49,291 bases of DNA from a virus (lineage: Duplodnaviria; Heunggongvirae; Uroviricota; Caudoviricetes). The translations under genes and the position numbers were made by a program. Every line of letters starts with the position of its first letter. Within the stretch, counting starts at the first letter, position 1. Positions 37,524 through 48,267 of the stretch are shown one piece after another. The notes below the pieces were generated by a model, which did not search any database, was not told the origin of the DNA, and saw nothing but the letters and a program-made list of their open reading frames with translations. The stretch is taken from positions 71,253 through 120,543 of IMG/VR virus record IMGVR_UViG_3300016457_000036; one strand, given 5' to 3'.

Positions 37524-38542
37524 TATGCTGTCCTTTCAGGTAGTAGTTGTGTCGAGAGTGGTACTCCGTTGCCGTCTACTAATGTATATCCTAATCCGTC
37601 CTGAAGTGGCTGTGTTAGCGTTCTTTGAAGATAATCATATGAGTTTTGTACTTGTACTGCTGTCAGTAAAATTGTATGTATTTTAAAGTATCCGTAATAA
37701 GTATCTACTGCATCAAGATGCCCTATAAGTGAAGTAGAATCTAAAATAGCTTCAACTCCTAATGGAACAACACTTGGATAACTTTGTAGCACACCGTTAA
37801 CATAGTATTCTTCTGTACTTCCAATATCTACTACTAGTACTCTATGCTCAGCTCTTTCTGTAAATGTGCCAAGGCCTACTCCGAGTGCGTCAAGATCTTC
37901 AAAAGCTCCTTCAATAACACATTCTAGTGTGTATGCATAGTCAGGAAATTCCCAATCAGTATTCAGACTTGCTCCATTTTTAACATAGAGTTGACCGGAA
38001 ACTAGAGGACCTACAAAACTAGAAATCACTCCATCGTGTAAAGGGGAAACTTTAGCGACATTATTTTTTATAATATCACCTGGCAATACTTCTCTGAAGT
38101 CATAGCGAATTAGGTTTCTAGGGGCTGCTGTAAGTTCTAAACAAAATGTAGCGGCTAAAGAAGCGGCTAATGCAATATCATTAAAGATGTAGCATAATGC
38201 TGTACTATTCCATACAGCTGAGTATTTAACATCATCTATTGTAAGAATATAATTATTTACAGCTACTCCACTTCTGTTAGTTAGTTGTAAATCTCCTGTA
38301 GCACCAAAGCCTATTTCAAAATTGCCTGTAGGTTTTTCCCATACAAATTTGTATATAAATATACCCTGCTCAGTAGTATCCGGATCTAGTGTACCAAATG
38401 TACCAGGTTGTGTTCCTGTTCCATCATTTTGATACCCTTCCCATGCTCCGATGCCTTCGCCCACAGCAGTCACACAGAACTTACCTAAATACCCGGCATC
38501 TTTTCCACCTTGTAATAAGCCAAAATTAAATCCAAATCGCAT
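37523..38542 (-). CDS. Virion accessory protein with C-terminal LamG/ConA-like segment, 339 aa
   Basis: MRFGFNFGL start typical of phage fibre/decoration proteins; YYVNGVLQS...[10 protein letters not shown] is LamG-like. Confidence 0.6.
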   Translation of the reverse strand: MRFGFNFGLLQGGKDAGYLGKFCVTAVGEGIGAWEGYQNDGTGTQPGTFGTLDPDTTEQGIFIYKFVWEKPTGNFEIGFGATGDLQLTNRSGVAVNNYILTIDDVKYSAVWNSTALCYIFNDIALAASLAATFCLELTAAPRNLIRYDFREVLPGDIIKNNVAKVSPLHDGVISSFVGPLVSGQLYVKNGASLNTDWEFPDYAYTLECVIEGAFEDLDALGVGLGTFTERAEHRVLVVDIGSTEEYYVNGVLQSYPSVVPLGVEAILDSTSLIGHLDAVDTYYGYFKIHTILLTAVQVQNSYDYLQRTLTQPLQDGLGYTLVDGNGVPLSTQLLPERTA

Positions 38543-38569
38543 CGCATTACCCTCTTATTAATTCTGTTA

Positions 38570-38578
38570 AGTATACCA
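38570..38578 (-). promoter_or_regulatory. Extended -10 promoter candidate TGGTATACT
   Basis: In the 39-nt gap upstream of the 339-aa gene. Confidence 0.5.
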
Positions 38579-38581
38579 CAT

Positions 38582-38959
38582 CTAAGCTATTAAATCAGCT
38601 TCAGTACGTTGCTCTTTAGCGTAGTAAAAAGCTTTAGCGCCTCCGAGTCTTACTGCTTCGTAATATGTTTTAGCCCATGTTTTATACCACATACGCTTAA
38701 CAAACCAATAGTTACGAGATGCTATATCGATCTTCATCATGTCATAAAACTCTTTATCAGCTTTTTCTCTATACTTTTCAGTAGCTCCTCGCCAATAGTA
38801 AAAATCATGCTGATTGCAAGAAGCTTTAAAGAGAAAATTAGGCACTTTTATCCAAGAGCCTTTAGCTCCGCATCCGTTTGTGATCTCTTGTTTTTGAGTA
38901 GGAGTTAGCTCAGAATAGTGTAACATACTAAGGAAGTACTTGCCATAAATCAAGAGCAT
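38582..38959 (-). CDS. Small protein with phospholipase A2-like CxxHDxxY motif (start possibly 38926)
   Basis: TNGCG...SCNQHDFYYWRG...REKADKEFYDMM. Confidence 0.65.
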   Translation of the reverse strand: MLLIYGKYFLSMLHYSELTPTQKQEITNGCGAKGSWIKVPNFLFKASCNQHDFYYWRGATEKYREKADKEFYDMMKIDIASRNYWFVKRMWYKTWAKTYYEAVRLGGAKAFYYAKEQRTEADLIA

Positions 38960-40292
38960 TTACATTAATAGTAGTACCTGTAGAGTACCCTCCACTATAG
39001 AGTTTGACATACAAGTAGCCGTTTATAATTTCTGCTTGGTATATTTCCATTTCTGCTGCTCCACTTCTTACTCCTAATGGAGTAGTAGTCCCTTTTCCAC
39101 TATGAAATTCAAAGACACCTTGAACTGCTACTGTATTAACAGTATCAAAAGCTTCTACATAGTATTTTCCTGTGGGAGCCGACTGTAAGTTTACAGCAGT
39201 ACCGCTATAAAGGCCGTACTCTACCCATCCATAAGCCTGAGAAGGATGCGTGACTTCCACCCATGCTCTATCTTTACGTACATATATTTTCCCGTCTAAA
39301 TCAGTGTCTAAGACTACGGGTTCATCTCCCATAGGATATGCCTTGTCCCATGCAATAATATCACCTGCTAGTGTTCCGTTAAACATGAAAGGCATAGGAG
39401 TAATACTACCTCCCACTCCTAAGAAAGTCGTAGAGTCATAGTGGAAACCGCTACCTGGATAATTTAAACCATCTACAAGAACAATGTCTGTAACTGCTTC
39501 TAAGTGGGCAGGATATAAATACACTTGAGACTTACTTATAATATTTACCATAGTATCAAAACCATTTATATTTAAAGTGCCCATCATTTTTTCAGTATCT
39601 AGTACTGACTCGTAACTTGAATTGTGCAACTCAAACATTATTTTTGTTGTAGGAGTAGTCCCCGCATTTATCCATATATAATCTTGACTACCGCCTGATA
39701 AAATTTTACAGTTATCGTTTGCTTCAACAATAGTGTCTGCTCCTGATGTAACATCAAAGCCTTTGCCATCAAGAAATAAAACACAAGAGTTATACATCTC
39801 TATGGTTTTATTTACTGTAATACTTCTGTCCACATGCCAAAATGAATTTCTATACATTCTCATTCTGCCTGTAGTAGCTATGATAAATTCTACTGAAGTC
39901 TGCAGGTAGACATTAAGCATATCAAAACCGGTAGTTAAAGTCACTGTAGTAGCAGGATCTACATACTCTATTAAAATTGTTTTGTTACGTATCCAATAAG
40001 AGTCAAAAAAACCGCTTTCAGTTTCACCGCTCAGTATGTGATCTCCCGCATGCAATAAAATATAGAAAGAAGTTGCGCCACTATTCATAATATCTGTCAT
40101 AGCTAAGCCAAGATTATCCCACTCAGTTGTGCCATTCATATCTACTTCATACATCACAGAAGATGCAAAATTATCCACATACCCTTTAGAAGCAATATCA
40201 AGAGGAACTACAGGAATATACCCGTTTTCTAATTGTGTATTGTCCTTCGTGAGGACTCTATCTAATGTTGTCGTGATACTTTTGTTACTCAT
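38928..40292 (-). CDS. Tail-associated protein, possible beta-helix, 454 aa
   Basis: ASKGYVD tail-fibre motif, YILLHAGDH, beta-rich body, DGKIYVRKDRAW motif. Confidence 0.65.
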   Translation of the reverse strand: MSNKSITTTLDRVLTKDNTQLENGYIPVVPLDIASKGYVDNFASSVMYEVDMNGTTEWDNLGLAMTDIMNSGATSFYILLHAGDHILSGETESGFFDSYWIRNKTILIEYVDPATTVTLTTGFDMLNVYLQTSVEFIIATTGRMRMYRNSFWHVDRSITVNKTIEMYNSCVLFLDGKGFDVTSGADTIVEANDNCKILSGGSQDYIWINAGTTPTTKIMFELHNSSYESVLDTEKMMGTLNINGFDTMVNIISKSQVYLYPAHLEAVTDIVLVDGLNYPGSGFHYDSTTFLGVGGSITPMPFMFNGTLAGDIIAWDKAYPMGDEPVVLDTDLDGKIYVRKDRAWVEVTHPSQAYGWVEYGLYSGTAVNLQSAPTGKYYVEAFDTVNTVAVQGVFEFHSGKGTTTPLGVRSGAAEMEIYQAEIINGYLYVKLYSGGYSTGTTINVNALDLWQVLP

Positions 40293-40302
40293 AACTTATC
40301 TC

Positions 40303-43300
40303 CTATGAAATTGAATATTGGTGTACTACATTATCTACACCGGTAATAATGTAAAATTCGTGACCTTGATTAGCAAAGTTTAAACTCTCAATAGCCGATG
40401 CTGCTGCTTGAAATTGGAACGTATCTTTCAATGTAAGTGTGTCTACTTTATAAGGAGTACCAAATTCGTACTCATATACAAGATTAGTATTACCGTTAGC
40501 CATCATCATACGTTTGCCATCTTCTGTAATGTATACGTCACGAGTACTTCCTACCATCAGGAATGATCTACCTGTATAAGTACTTGTAGAAATATCTCCC
40601 GAAGTAGTCATCTCATACTCAAATAACTCTCCTGAGTTACTGTAATCAGGTAAGTACATCTTAGAGCCATCAAGACTTACTGTCATACCTTGTGCACCTA
40701 TTGTAAGTTCTGAGTCATACGCCATAGATCTACCTGTATAAGCAAGAGTAGAAATATCATATGGAATAGTAAGGATGTACTCAAATACACTCTTAACTGT
40801 GTACCCTGCTACCAACATACCTAGACCGTCGTTTGTCCATGCTATAGCGTTCATACTTGTTGCTTCTGCCATTGTCTTAGTGATACCTGTGAAAGTGGCT
40901 GTAGACACTAAGTACGGTGTACTGAGTGAATACTCTGCAAGACGATCTTGATTACCGTCAATAGTAATCATTTTAGTTCCATCAGGAGTAAGTAATGCAT
41001 CAAACGGAGCCGGACCTTGAGGACTTAAATCATATGAAACAAGAGGATCAGTAGCATTTGCTAATGTGTACCCTGCAAGAGCTTCTACGAAGTCTGCTAC
41101 AAATTCAAGTACCGTACTCTTATCGCTTACACATGTATACTTAAACACATTATAAGCATTGAACTCGTCATTAAGCTCAGGCTGATTACCTGCCGGTGGA
41201 ATGAATGTACCTTCAAACAGCATTGTATTACCTACAGAAGCCTGTTTTACAACAATCGTACCTGTGCGTCCTTTATTACTATTAAGTGTGTCTATGGTGC
41301 TGTTAGCGTTAAGTGTAATTTCAAAATAGTTGCCTGTAGATAAATCAACTGTATACGCAGTTTTACCTGAGTCTTCAATAACATCAGGAAGAGTTTCCTC
41401 GGTAGGATCATATGAAACTATCCATGTACCATCTATACGTGAATATTGTTTATGGTCTTCAGGAGCCTCTTCTACAAATGGTTTTCCTATTTGACGATTA
41501 TCTACATAGAGACTTCCTTTTGATGATACTTTATTGAATACAGTTTCTTCTGTCTCTTCGACTGTAATAGGAATTGTTACAGTATCAAAATCAATTTCAT
41601 CTCCATTGTACGTCGTAGTTCCATTGAGTAGAACAATACCATAGTTACAATATCCTATGACTAAATTACGAACAATTAGGTCTACGTACTCTAAAAGGAT
41701 AGCAGGCACATCATCATCAAACCATGTAAGATTACCTCCTATTCTAACGTCCGACAATACTAGTGTTCCTAGTCCCATTTCTATAGATGTGTTATAAAGA
41801 TCAGCTGCCATAATATTTAAGTTAGAGCCATACATTGCTTCTATTGCACAGTCAGGCTCACCTGTTATAAGTAAGTCATTAGGAAGAACATCTGTACCTA
41901 TTAAATAAACATCTGTACCAAATCCAAATCCGAGAGCTACATTTTTAAGTGTGCCTGTAATCTGTATAAAGCCTAGCATAAATTGAATTGGCACTATCAG
42001 CTGAGAAGTAATATTTATACCTATATTCTCTAGTGAAAAATCACCATAAAAACGAACAGTCTCGCCTCTACCTGAAAATTTTTCCGGCACTACGAAATCA
42101 ATAAAACAATCGCCTGCGCCGCTGTGATAAAAGTAATAATCATTTTGATACATAGTCGTATGATCTGTTACTGTATGTGTGTGAGTAATAGCTGCTAAAA
42201 ATGTTACTTTAAATGCAGCTCCTACAAATCCTTGAGAGTATGTCATGAATTCATCGAATGTCATCTCTCCAGGCTCAGTACCTATAGTAACATTCGTAAC
42301 ATTTTGCTTAGCATCTACATACTCTTTAGTAACAAGTGCTCGTGCTGCTAAAATTTCTTCCTTAACAGCTGATGGCGCAAGTATCTGTCCATTCTCTTTA
42401 ATAGCAAATGCATTACTACGTAAAAGATTTGTACCATTTCCGGCTTCAAATAGTGAATCTGTTTCACCTAAGTTAAACTCACCAATAGCACCTGAATGAG
42501 GTCTTGTTGTCTTTACACTATATCCGACTAGAAGGGAATATTCAGCTGCTATCTCAGATGTCTCAGCAACAATTAATGCGCCTTCTTCAGCAGTATTACT
42601 TGCTGTATGATTATCATTCTGTGCTGCAATTACAGAGTATTTACTAAACTGAGGAATTAGATCGTACTCAACGTATTCCGGATCATTCCAATTACTCTGA
42701 AATACTACGTTATCTGCTACGATAATAGCTGAGCGACTATCCACATTTTTGGCATCGACTACATACTCATCACCAACAGCAATAAGTTCTGTTTCATCGG
42801 CAGGATTCTGTACTACTTCAATAACACGATCAGCTGTATACATAAACATTTTAGAGTTTGCATAATCACCTTGCCATTTAAGACCACCAAAACCGATAAG
42901 CTTAGGATCTGCGCCTTTAGCTACTGTGTATGTAGTACCGTCTGTTCTATACACTTTTCCTGAATACTTAGAACGCATGCCTTTACCATCAGGCATTTCA
43001 ACAAACATAGATGTCTGTGAGTGTTCTCCGGTTACTGTATGAGTACGTTTTAGAGTGAGTGAGTCCCAATCATATATACGTAATTCAGTACTTGTTTGCA
43101 TGTAGTAGAACTCTTTATTTAGCCCATCTACACCACAACCTGCCTGACTTTTACGTCCTGTAAAATCACGCGCTTGATCAAGAACTGCATCGTATAGCTG
43201 ACATGAAATACCTTGTCCATAAGAACTGTTTACTGTAGTAGCCCAATATCTACCATCAGCAGAGACTACAGCTTGATTAGCTGAGCGATTATATCCATCA

Positions 43301-45846
43301 ACATCATGGAAAACATGAACTGTAGTTGTAGTACGGTTAGGATTAAGACGAATAATCTCTGTATGCGGTGTTCCTTGTGCTTGACGTGTCCAATATTTAA
43401 CAAAGTATTTTCCATCAGCAAGTCGTGCACAGTGTTCCATACCACCTACATAGATATTACCTGTAACAACAAAACGCAAGTCAGAAGTGTAGTACTGTGC
43501 AGAGTCAAGAGCTTTACCTCTTTTAACAAATGTACCCGCTATTCCGCCGGTGATCACCATACCATCATCAAAATGTTTTTTAGTAATGATTGCTTGATCG
43601 CCCGCTGCTTCGATAGCTGCGCTGTCCCATGTAGAATCCATAAGTACTGAACCGTCTGACTCAAGATTACCTGTACCACCTGATACTGTAGTAACTACTG
43701 ACCATGCACCATCTTTACGTGCATACTGATTACCGTTAACAGGAGCTTCCGGAAAAGGTTCTTTAGGTTCATAACTTGCTACTAGGTCCCAATCAGGAGA
43801 TACAGTAGCTTCTTGTAACGTCAAGTCAGCACCATAAGCATTTGTAATTAAACCTGGTGTACCTGTTCCTGACGCAAAGTAGAGGATAGCTTCTACTGTA
43901 GCAAAAGAACATGGATTAGTTGTCCAATAATTATCTGCTTCATCGTACTCAACTGCAACAAGATCAAATACCTTAGCATCCATTGTAGTCATAGAATAGT
44001 CAATAGGGTGATGAGCAATACCATGAGCGACATGAAGCACATCAATATCAATGTAATCTCCACCATCAGTAGGTGCTCCAAGAACAGTAAATTCTACGTT
44101 TTTATCGGACTCTGTGTTCTGTGTAAATTTTATAGATGAGCCAACTTTAAGTGTAAGCAAATCTGCTGTTCTATCTACGTGTGCATCATCAAACTTATTA
44201 ATACGAAGTCGTGTATCGTGTAGGTTAGCTACTACTTGACCGATAACAGGTTCTGTTGTATTGCTGTCAGGAAGCATTGTCCATTCACCGGTTACATCTG
44301 TATGAGTATTATATGCCTGTGCTTCAATATAGACTTCAAAAATAGTACCTACGCGAGCTACTTTTTCTCCAAGTTGTACAATAGTAAACTCACCCGGAAC
44401 TAAGTTAGGATTAGTAACTACTTTAATAATAGGATTGAGAGGATCTGTATGATCCACAGTAATAATGCGATAATGTGTTTCAGCGTCTACTTGAGGAACA
44501 CGAATACGTACACTTGTCAGCCATCCGTTTTTAGTCATTGTAAATTTAGTACCTGAATAGACAACAGCAGTAGCGCTCTGAGTTATAAACGCAGGTGTTG
44601 CCATACCATCTACAGGGTTTCCTACTAAGATAGGTGCAGCACGTTCTGAGGTCTGTTTATTAGCGATTGCTAAGTATCCCTCGTCTAGGACTTGATCATT
44701 TTGATCGTAGGTTCCTATCGCCCACTCACCTTTCCACTCTACTTTAGTGGCTAAATCAATAACCGCTACATCACTAATAGGCTTATCAGCATCTGAAGTA
44801 TTATCTACTACACTTAATCCTACTTGAGCCTTAGAGACAGCGTGAGGGTTATTAAAGTCCCCAATGTGAGTAGTAACATCCCCACCAATATCTTTTACTG
44901 CGAACTTATAATGTAGTGCTGAGTATGTACCGAGTTCATTATAACTAAACGTGCCATCGCCATTTGAGTAGTAATCACGTACAAATTCTTCGTATGGCTG
45001 ACTTGCTTGACTTTCTGCTGTAAGTGCTTCGGCTTGTGCCGCCCACATATTAAGTTCAGAGGTATCCGCAAAACCTTCGCTTACTAATGCTCTTTCAGCA
45101 CTTGCTTCAGCTTTTATAGCATGATGTTTAGATGAGTATTTACCTGGCTCAATTTCCATATCTTCTTGATACTCTGCCCATTGTTGTGCCGAGTCTCTAT
45201 ATGTCTTAGCTTCACCGGCTTTAGCAAATGCTAAGTCGGCATTATTCTTAGCGTTGAGAATATGACTATAAGTGGCTGTCATGTCATCATAGATAGTATC
45301 AAGAATAGCATTTTCTGCCATTCCATTTTTGATAGTGTTAAGAGTTCCTGTAGGATCTCTAAGTTCATTACTAATCTCGATGATTGTACTGTTAGGATCA
45401 AGAAGATCATTACCAACTTCTTCAATAATAGGCATAGAAGCAATTACCATTTCAAGAGCAGTCCAATCGATCTGATTAAACATAGCTGCAAATTCAGTAT
45501 AGTCAGCTTGAAAGGTAGCGTATTTTGTAAGGAAGTCATTGTACTTAATGAGAAAGTCACCATACACACCGGGATTACCGTTATGATCGTCTACTGTAAG
45601 ATCTTCATAAATTGCAATGAGTTCGTCATATAGACCTGTTGAATTAGTATCAGCAGGTTCCCCAAACAACTCTGTATACATGCTTAATACAGCACCATAC
45701 ATGCCACTTTGTCCTGTAGGAATAAGATGTTCTATGTATGTAGGATTAAGGGCTATTTGGTAATAGTACCCTTCTGACGGGAGTTGTCCGGGAACACCCC
45801 GACCTCTTACTTCTTGTAGTATGTTTAATAAGTCGCTAGATGCCAT
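40303..45846 (-). CDS. Tail fibre/adhesin with two beta-propeller-like regions, 1847 aa
   Basis: Tail repeat NPHAVSKAQVGL; LVTKEYVD; C-terminal repeats of DGTKMITIDG...EYSLSTPY / DGSKMYLPD...EYEMTTSGDIST type. Confidence 0.85.
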   Translation of the reverse strand: MASSDLLNILQEVRGRGVPGQLPSEGYYYQIALNPTYIEHLIPTGQSGMYGAVLSMYTELFGEPADTNSTGLYDELIAIYEDLTVDDHNGNPGVYGDFLIKYNDFLTKYATFQADYTEFAAMFNQIDWTALEMVIASMPIIEEVGNDLLDPNSTIIEISNELRDPTGTLNTIKNGMAENAILDTIYDDMTATYSHILNAKNNADLAFAKAGEAKTYRDSAQQWAEYQEDMEIEPGKYSSKHHAIKAEASAERALVSEGFADTSELNMWAAQAEALTAESQASQPYEEFVRDYYSNGDGTFSYNELGTYSALHYKFAVKDIGGDVTTHIGDFNNPHAVSKAQVGLSVVDNTSDADKPISDVAVIDLATKVEWKGEWAIGTYDQNDQVLDEGYLAIANKQTSERAAPILVGNPVDGMATPAFITQSATAVVYSGTKFTMTKNGWLTSVRIRVPQVDAETHYRIITVDHTDPLNPIIKVVTNPNLVPGEFTIVQLGEKVARVGTIFEVYIEAQAYNTHTDVTGEWTMLPDSNTTEPVIGQVVANLHDTRLRINKFDDAHVDRTADLLTLKVGSSIKFTQNTESDKNVEFTVLGAPTDGGDYIDIDVLHVAHGIAHHPIDYSMTTMDAKVFDLVAVEYDEADNYWTTNPCSFATVEAILYFASGTGTPGLITNAYGADLTLQEATVSPDWDLVASYEPKEPFPEAPVNGNQYARKDGAWSVVTTVSGGTGNLESDGSVLMDSTWDSAAIEAAGDQAIITKKHFDDGMVITGGIAGTFVKRGKALDSAQYYTSDLRFVVTGNIYVGGMEHCARLADGKYFVKYWTRQAQGTPHTEIIRLNPNRTTTTVHVFHDVDGYNRSANQAVVSADGRYWATTVNSSYGQGISCQLYDAVLDQARDFTGRKSQAGCGVDGLNKEFYYMQTSTELRIYDWDSLTLKRTHTVTGEHSQTSMFVEMPDGKGMRSKYSGKVYRTDGTTYTVAKGADPKLIGFGGLKWQGDYANSKMFMYTADRVIEVVQNPADETELIAVGDEYVVDAKNVDSRSAIIVADNVVFQSNWNDPEYVEYDLIPQFSKYSVIAAQNDNHTASNTAEEGALIVAETSEIAAEYSLLVGYSVKTTRPHSGAIGEFNLGETDSLFEAGNGTNLLRSNAFAIKENGQILAPSAVKEEILAARALVTKEYVDAKQNVTNVTIGTEPGEMTFDEFMTYSQGFVGAAFKVTFLAAITHTHTVTDHTTMYQNDYYFYHSGAGDCFIDFVVPEKFSGRGETVRFYGDFSLENIGINITSQLIVPIQFMLGFIQITGTLKNVALGFGFGTDVYLIGTDVLPNDLLITGEPDCAIEAMYGSNLNIMAADLYNTSIEMGLGTLVLSDVRIGGNLTWFDDDVPAILLEYVDLIVRNLVIGYCNYGIVLLNGTTTYNGDEIDFDTVTIPITVEETEETVFNKVSSKGSLYVDNRQIGKPFVEEAPEDHKQYSRIDGTWIVSYDPTEETLPDVIEDSGKTAYTVDLSTGNYFEITLNANSTIDTLNSNKGRTGTIVVKQASVGNTMLFEGTFIPPAGNQPELNDEFNAYNVFKYTCVSDKSTVLEFVADFVEALAGYTLANATDPLVSYDLSPQGPAPFDALLTPDGTKMITIDGNQDRLAEYSLSTPYLVSTATFTGITKTMAEATSMNAIAWTNDGLGMLVAGYTVKSVFEYILTIPYDISTLAYTGRSMAYDSELTIGAQGMTVSLDGSKMYLPDYSNSGELFEYEMTTSGDISTSTYTGRSFLMVGSTRDVYITEDGKRMMMANGNTNLVYEYEFGTPYKVDTLTLKDTFQFQAAASAIESLNFANQGHEFYIITGVDNVVHQYSIS

Positions 45847-45875
45847 CTCAACCCCTTCCTTTTATATCTCTCTTG

Positions 45876-45909
45876 ATTTTACCATATATTTTTATATAGT
45901 AGTATTATA
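45876..45909 (-). promoter_or_regulatory. Two -10 candidates (TATAAT 45904-45909; TGGTAAAAT 45876-45884)
   Basis: AT-rich 87-nt intergenic gap upstream of the 1847-aa fibre gene. Confidence 0.5.
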
Positions 45910-45933
45910 TCTTAGTAAAGCTGTGGTAGCTAA

Positions 45934-48258
45934 TTAGGTAGAAGGAGCTACTGCTACTCTGCCAATACTGTAGTAGTCTATAGTACTCCCGCCTGGAGGT
46001 CCAAATGATGTTCTTCTGAGTTTACCTATTGTATACTCATAACCATCACCCGGTGATACTGTAGTACCGTATGTGCCACTATCAGATATAGCTACTTGTA
46101 CACCATCCCAATAAAAGAAAGTGTTATCTGTCCATCCTACATTATCATCTCTAAGTACATAAAATTTAGGATCTGTAAACCAAAAATATTGGTTATTCCA
46201 TACAGTACCAGGATCACCTATTAGTATATATGCAGTACCGTTATTTCCTGAATAGTTAGATTGGATGTCTACTATTTGAATAGATATTTTTCGTACTGTA
46301 GAGAGTGCATGTGAAACAGTAGTAACAATATCGTTACGATTAAAGTGAGTACTATATGCAGTTGTCTGAGGACTCCATAACGATATTTTAGAAGTATTTG
46401 TAAGATCGATAATACGTTCAATACCACCATTACCATAATTAGATCCTGCAAAATGGGATCCATTATACTCTTGAATTAACGTGCCTGCAGCATTATAAAA
46501 ACGCATAAACGATGCAGTTGTTGAAGTATTACTCCAAGTATCTACTACTTTACTATTTTCAATTCTACCTAGATAGTTGTTAGCACTATCAAATAATCTT
46601 AGGATAACAGAAGCTCTGTCAGGGTTCCAATTAAAATGATGTGTTTTGTAATCAATTACACCTGCTCTAGCGAGTGTAATTTTTGCTGTTTCAGGCTCAG
46701 GAATATTATTAGGCCCTTGTGTATATCTATACCATGTTGCAAGTTTGCTTTCAGCACCGTAACTAGGAACTTGTTTAGGATCATCATAAGCTTCTACATA
46801 GGTATAGTTATGAAAAGCAAAGAACATATTAACGCCTACTTTTTCTACTACTTTTATTTTATGGCGAACAAGTGTCGTGTTTCGAGAAATGTAGAACTCA
46901 TCATTAAATCCTACTTTCACAAATAGTGTTGTGTAAATACCTTGTCCTGTTAGTAATACAGTGCCACTATCTCCTGAAGTGAGATCAAAAGGAACTGCTA
47001 AATTATACATCTTCACATCGCCATCAGATAATGTAAAGAACCGTTTTCCATCGCTACTCATGTCAGCAGATCCAGGTGTATTCACACTTCCTGAGATAGG
47101 GAACGGACTTGACACAGCATTAATGATAAAAGGGTAATTTGTTATATCGTGTGTATCTCCTATATATGTCCAATATTTGTATTTATAGAGAATACTCGCT
47201 ACATCTCCTGCGGAGTTATTAAGGAGTGCTGTAGTCGAAGGATAGTACCCTGTAGTAGTTGCCATTCCTTGACTATCAGAAGCTATAATACTCCCTAATT
47301 TATCGTTTACAAAATCCACTCTTTGTATTGCTTTATTCCAACCATAAGAAATCTTTTCAGCATCGTGTGAGATAGAAGCAGATGCTCTATTTGAGTACAC
47401 GACCTGTGTTGACGTAGTAGCTGTGTATGAGTTAGATACAGCAGCCGCTGACGTTATCTGAAAAGGAATAGTTAAAGGGTGTCGTTTAAATACAGCCGTA
47501 GAACCTGCTGTAACAATATAAGCAGCGCTTCCATCTTCTTTTATACGAAAGATAGGACTACCAAGTGTATGAGTATCGTCATCTATAATATTAACAAGTT
47601 GATCATTTATCTTACGAGCATTGACAGCTTCTACATAAATTGCATCTATATCAGCAAGAGAAAGATTACCTACATTTGATACTACAGGTTTATTTATAGA
47701 GCCTGAAGCAAATTCCCATGTATTACTACTTGAAGAACCGAATACCGCATTATAAGTTGAAGAATCGCTCATATTTATACTACCCGCAGATCTACCATTG
47801 ATATACAATATCTTAGCACCGAAATCAAATATCACGTGATAGTACGTATCTGCTACTACAGGAGTAGAGTAAATATTTCCCCCGTTGGAGACTTGCGCTC
47901 TAAAATTACCGTCTCTCACTTCTACTGTATACTGCTTATTTACATCAGGTAAGCTACCAAATGCAATGTATTCTAAAGTGTTTGTAGTAATTTCTCGCAC
48001 ATATACATCAAGATGAACTAGTCCTATATTCTCTGTTGTACTGTAATTATCAGGAACAAGAGAATAGAAATTATCGCTAAATGGTCCTATCCCCATATCA
48101 AAGTGCTCGGTATCACACACATAGTTACCGACCCATGAAAAGTCTTCTATCTGCACACATGGTGTCTGACTCCATATAAGTTCAGTACCTTTCATGATAC
48201 GTTGAACTTGGGCTGAACCGGCTTTAAAGTTGAGTATATCTAAAGTACCTTTTTTCAC
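45934..48258 (-). CDS. Tail/receptor-binding protein (LamG-like plus propeller modules), 774 aa
   Basis: Starts with KAGSAQVQRIMKGTELIW, a motif usually paired with an upstream fibre ending in YNLLGTYDSETFYII; YHVIFDFGAKILYING is LamG-like. Confidence 0.7.
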   Translation of the reverse strand: MKKGTLDILNFKAGSAQVQRIMKGTELIWSQTPCVQIEDFSWVGNYVCDTEHFDMGIGPFSDNFYSLVPDNYSTTENIGLVHLDVYVREITTNTLEYIAFGSLPDVNKQYTVEVRDGNFRAQVSNGGNIYSTPVVADTYYHVIFDFGAKILYINGRSAGSINMSDSSTYNAVFGSSSSNTWEFASGSINKPVVSNVGNLSLADIDAIYVEAVNARKINDQLVNIIDDDTHTLGSPIFRIKEDGSAAYIVTAGSTAVFKRHPLTIPFQITSAAAVSNSYTATTSTQVVYSNRASASISHDAEKISYGWNKAIQRVDFVNDKLGSIIASDSQGMATTTGYYPSTTALLNNSAGDVASILYKYKYWTYIGDTHDITNYPFIINAVSSPFPISGSVNTPGSADMSSDGKRFFTLSDGDVKMYNLAVPFDLTSGDSGTVLLTGQGIYTTLFVKVGFNDEFYISRNTTLVRHKIKVVEKVGVNMFFAFHNYTYVEAYDDPKQVPSYGAESKLATWYRYTQGPNNIPEPETAKITLARAGVIDYKTHHFNWNPDRASVILRLFDSANNYLGRIENSKVVDTWSNTSTTASFMRFYNAAGTLIQEYNGSHFAGSNYGNGGIERIIDLTNTSKISLWSPQTTAYSTHFNRNDIVTTVSHALSTVRKISIQIVDIQSNYSGNNGTAYILIGDPGTVWNNQYFWFTDPKFYVLRDDNVGWTDNTFFYWDGVQVAISDSGTYGTTVSPGDGYEYTIGKLRRTSFGPPGGSTIDYYSIGRVAVAPST

Positions 48259-48267
48259 TTACTGTCC

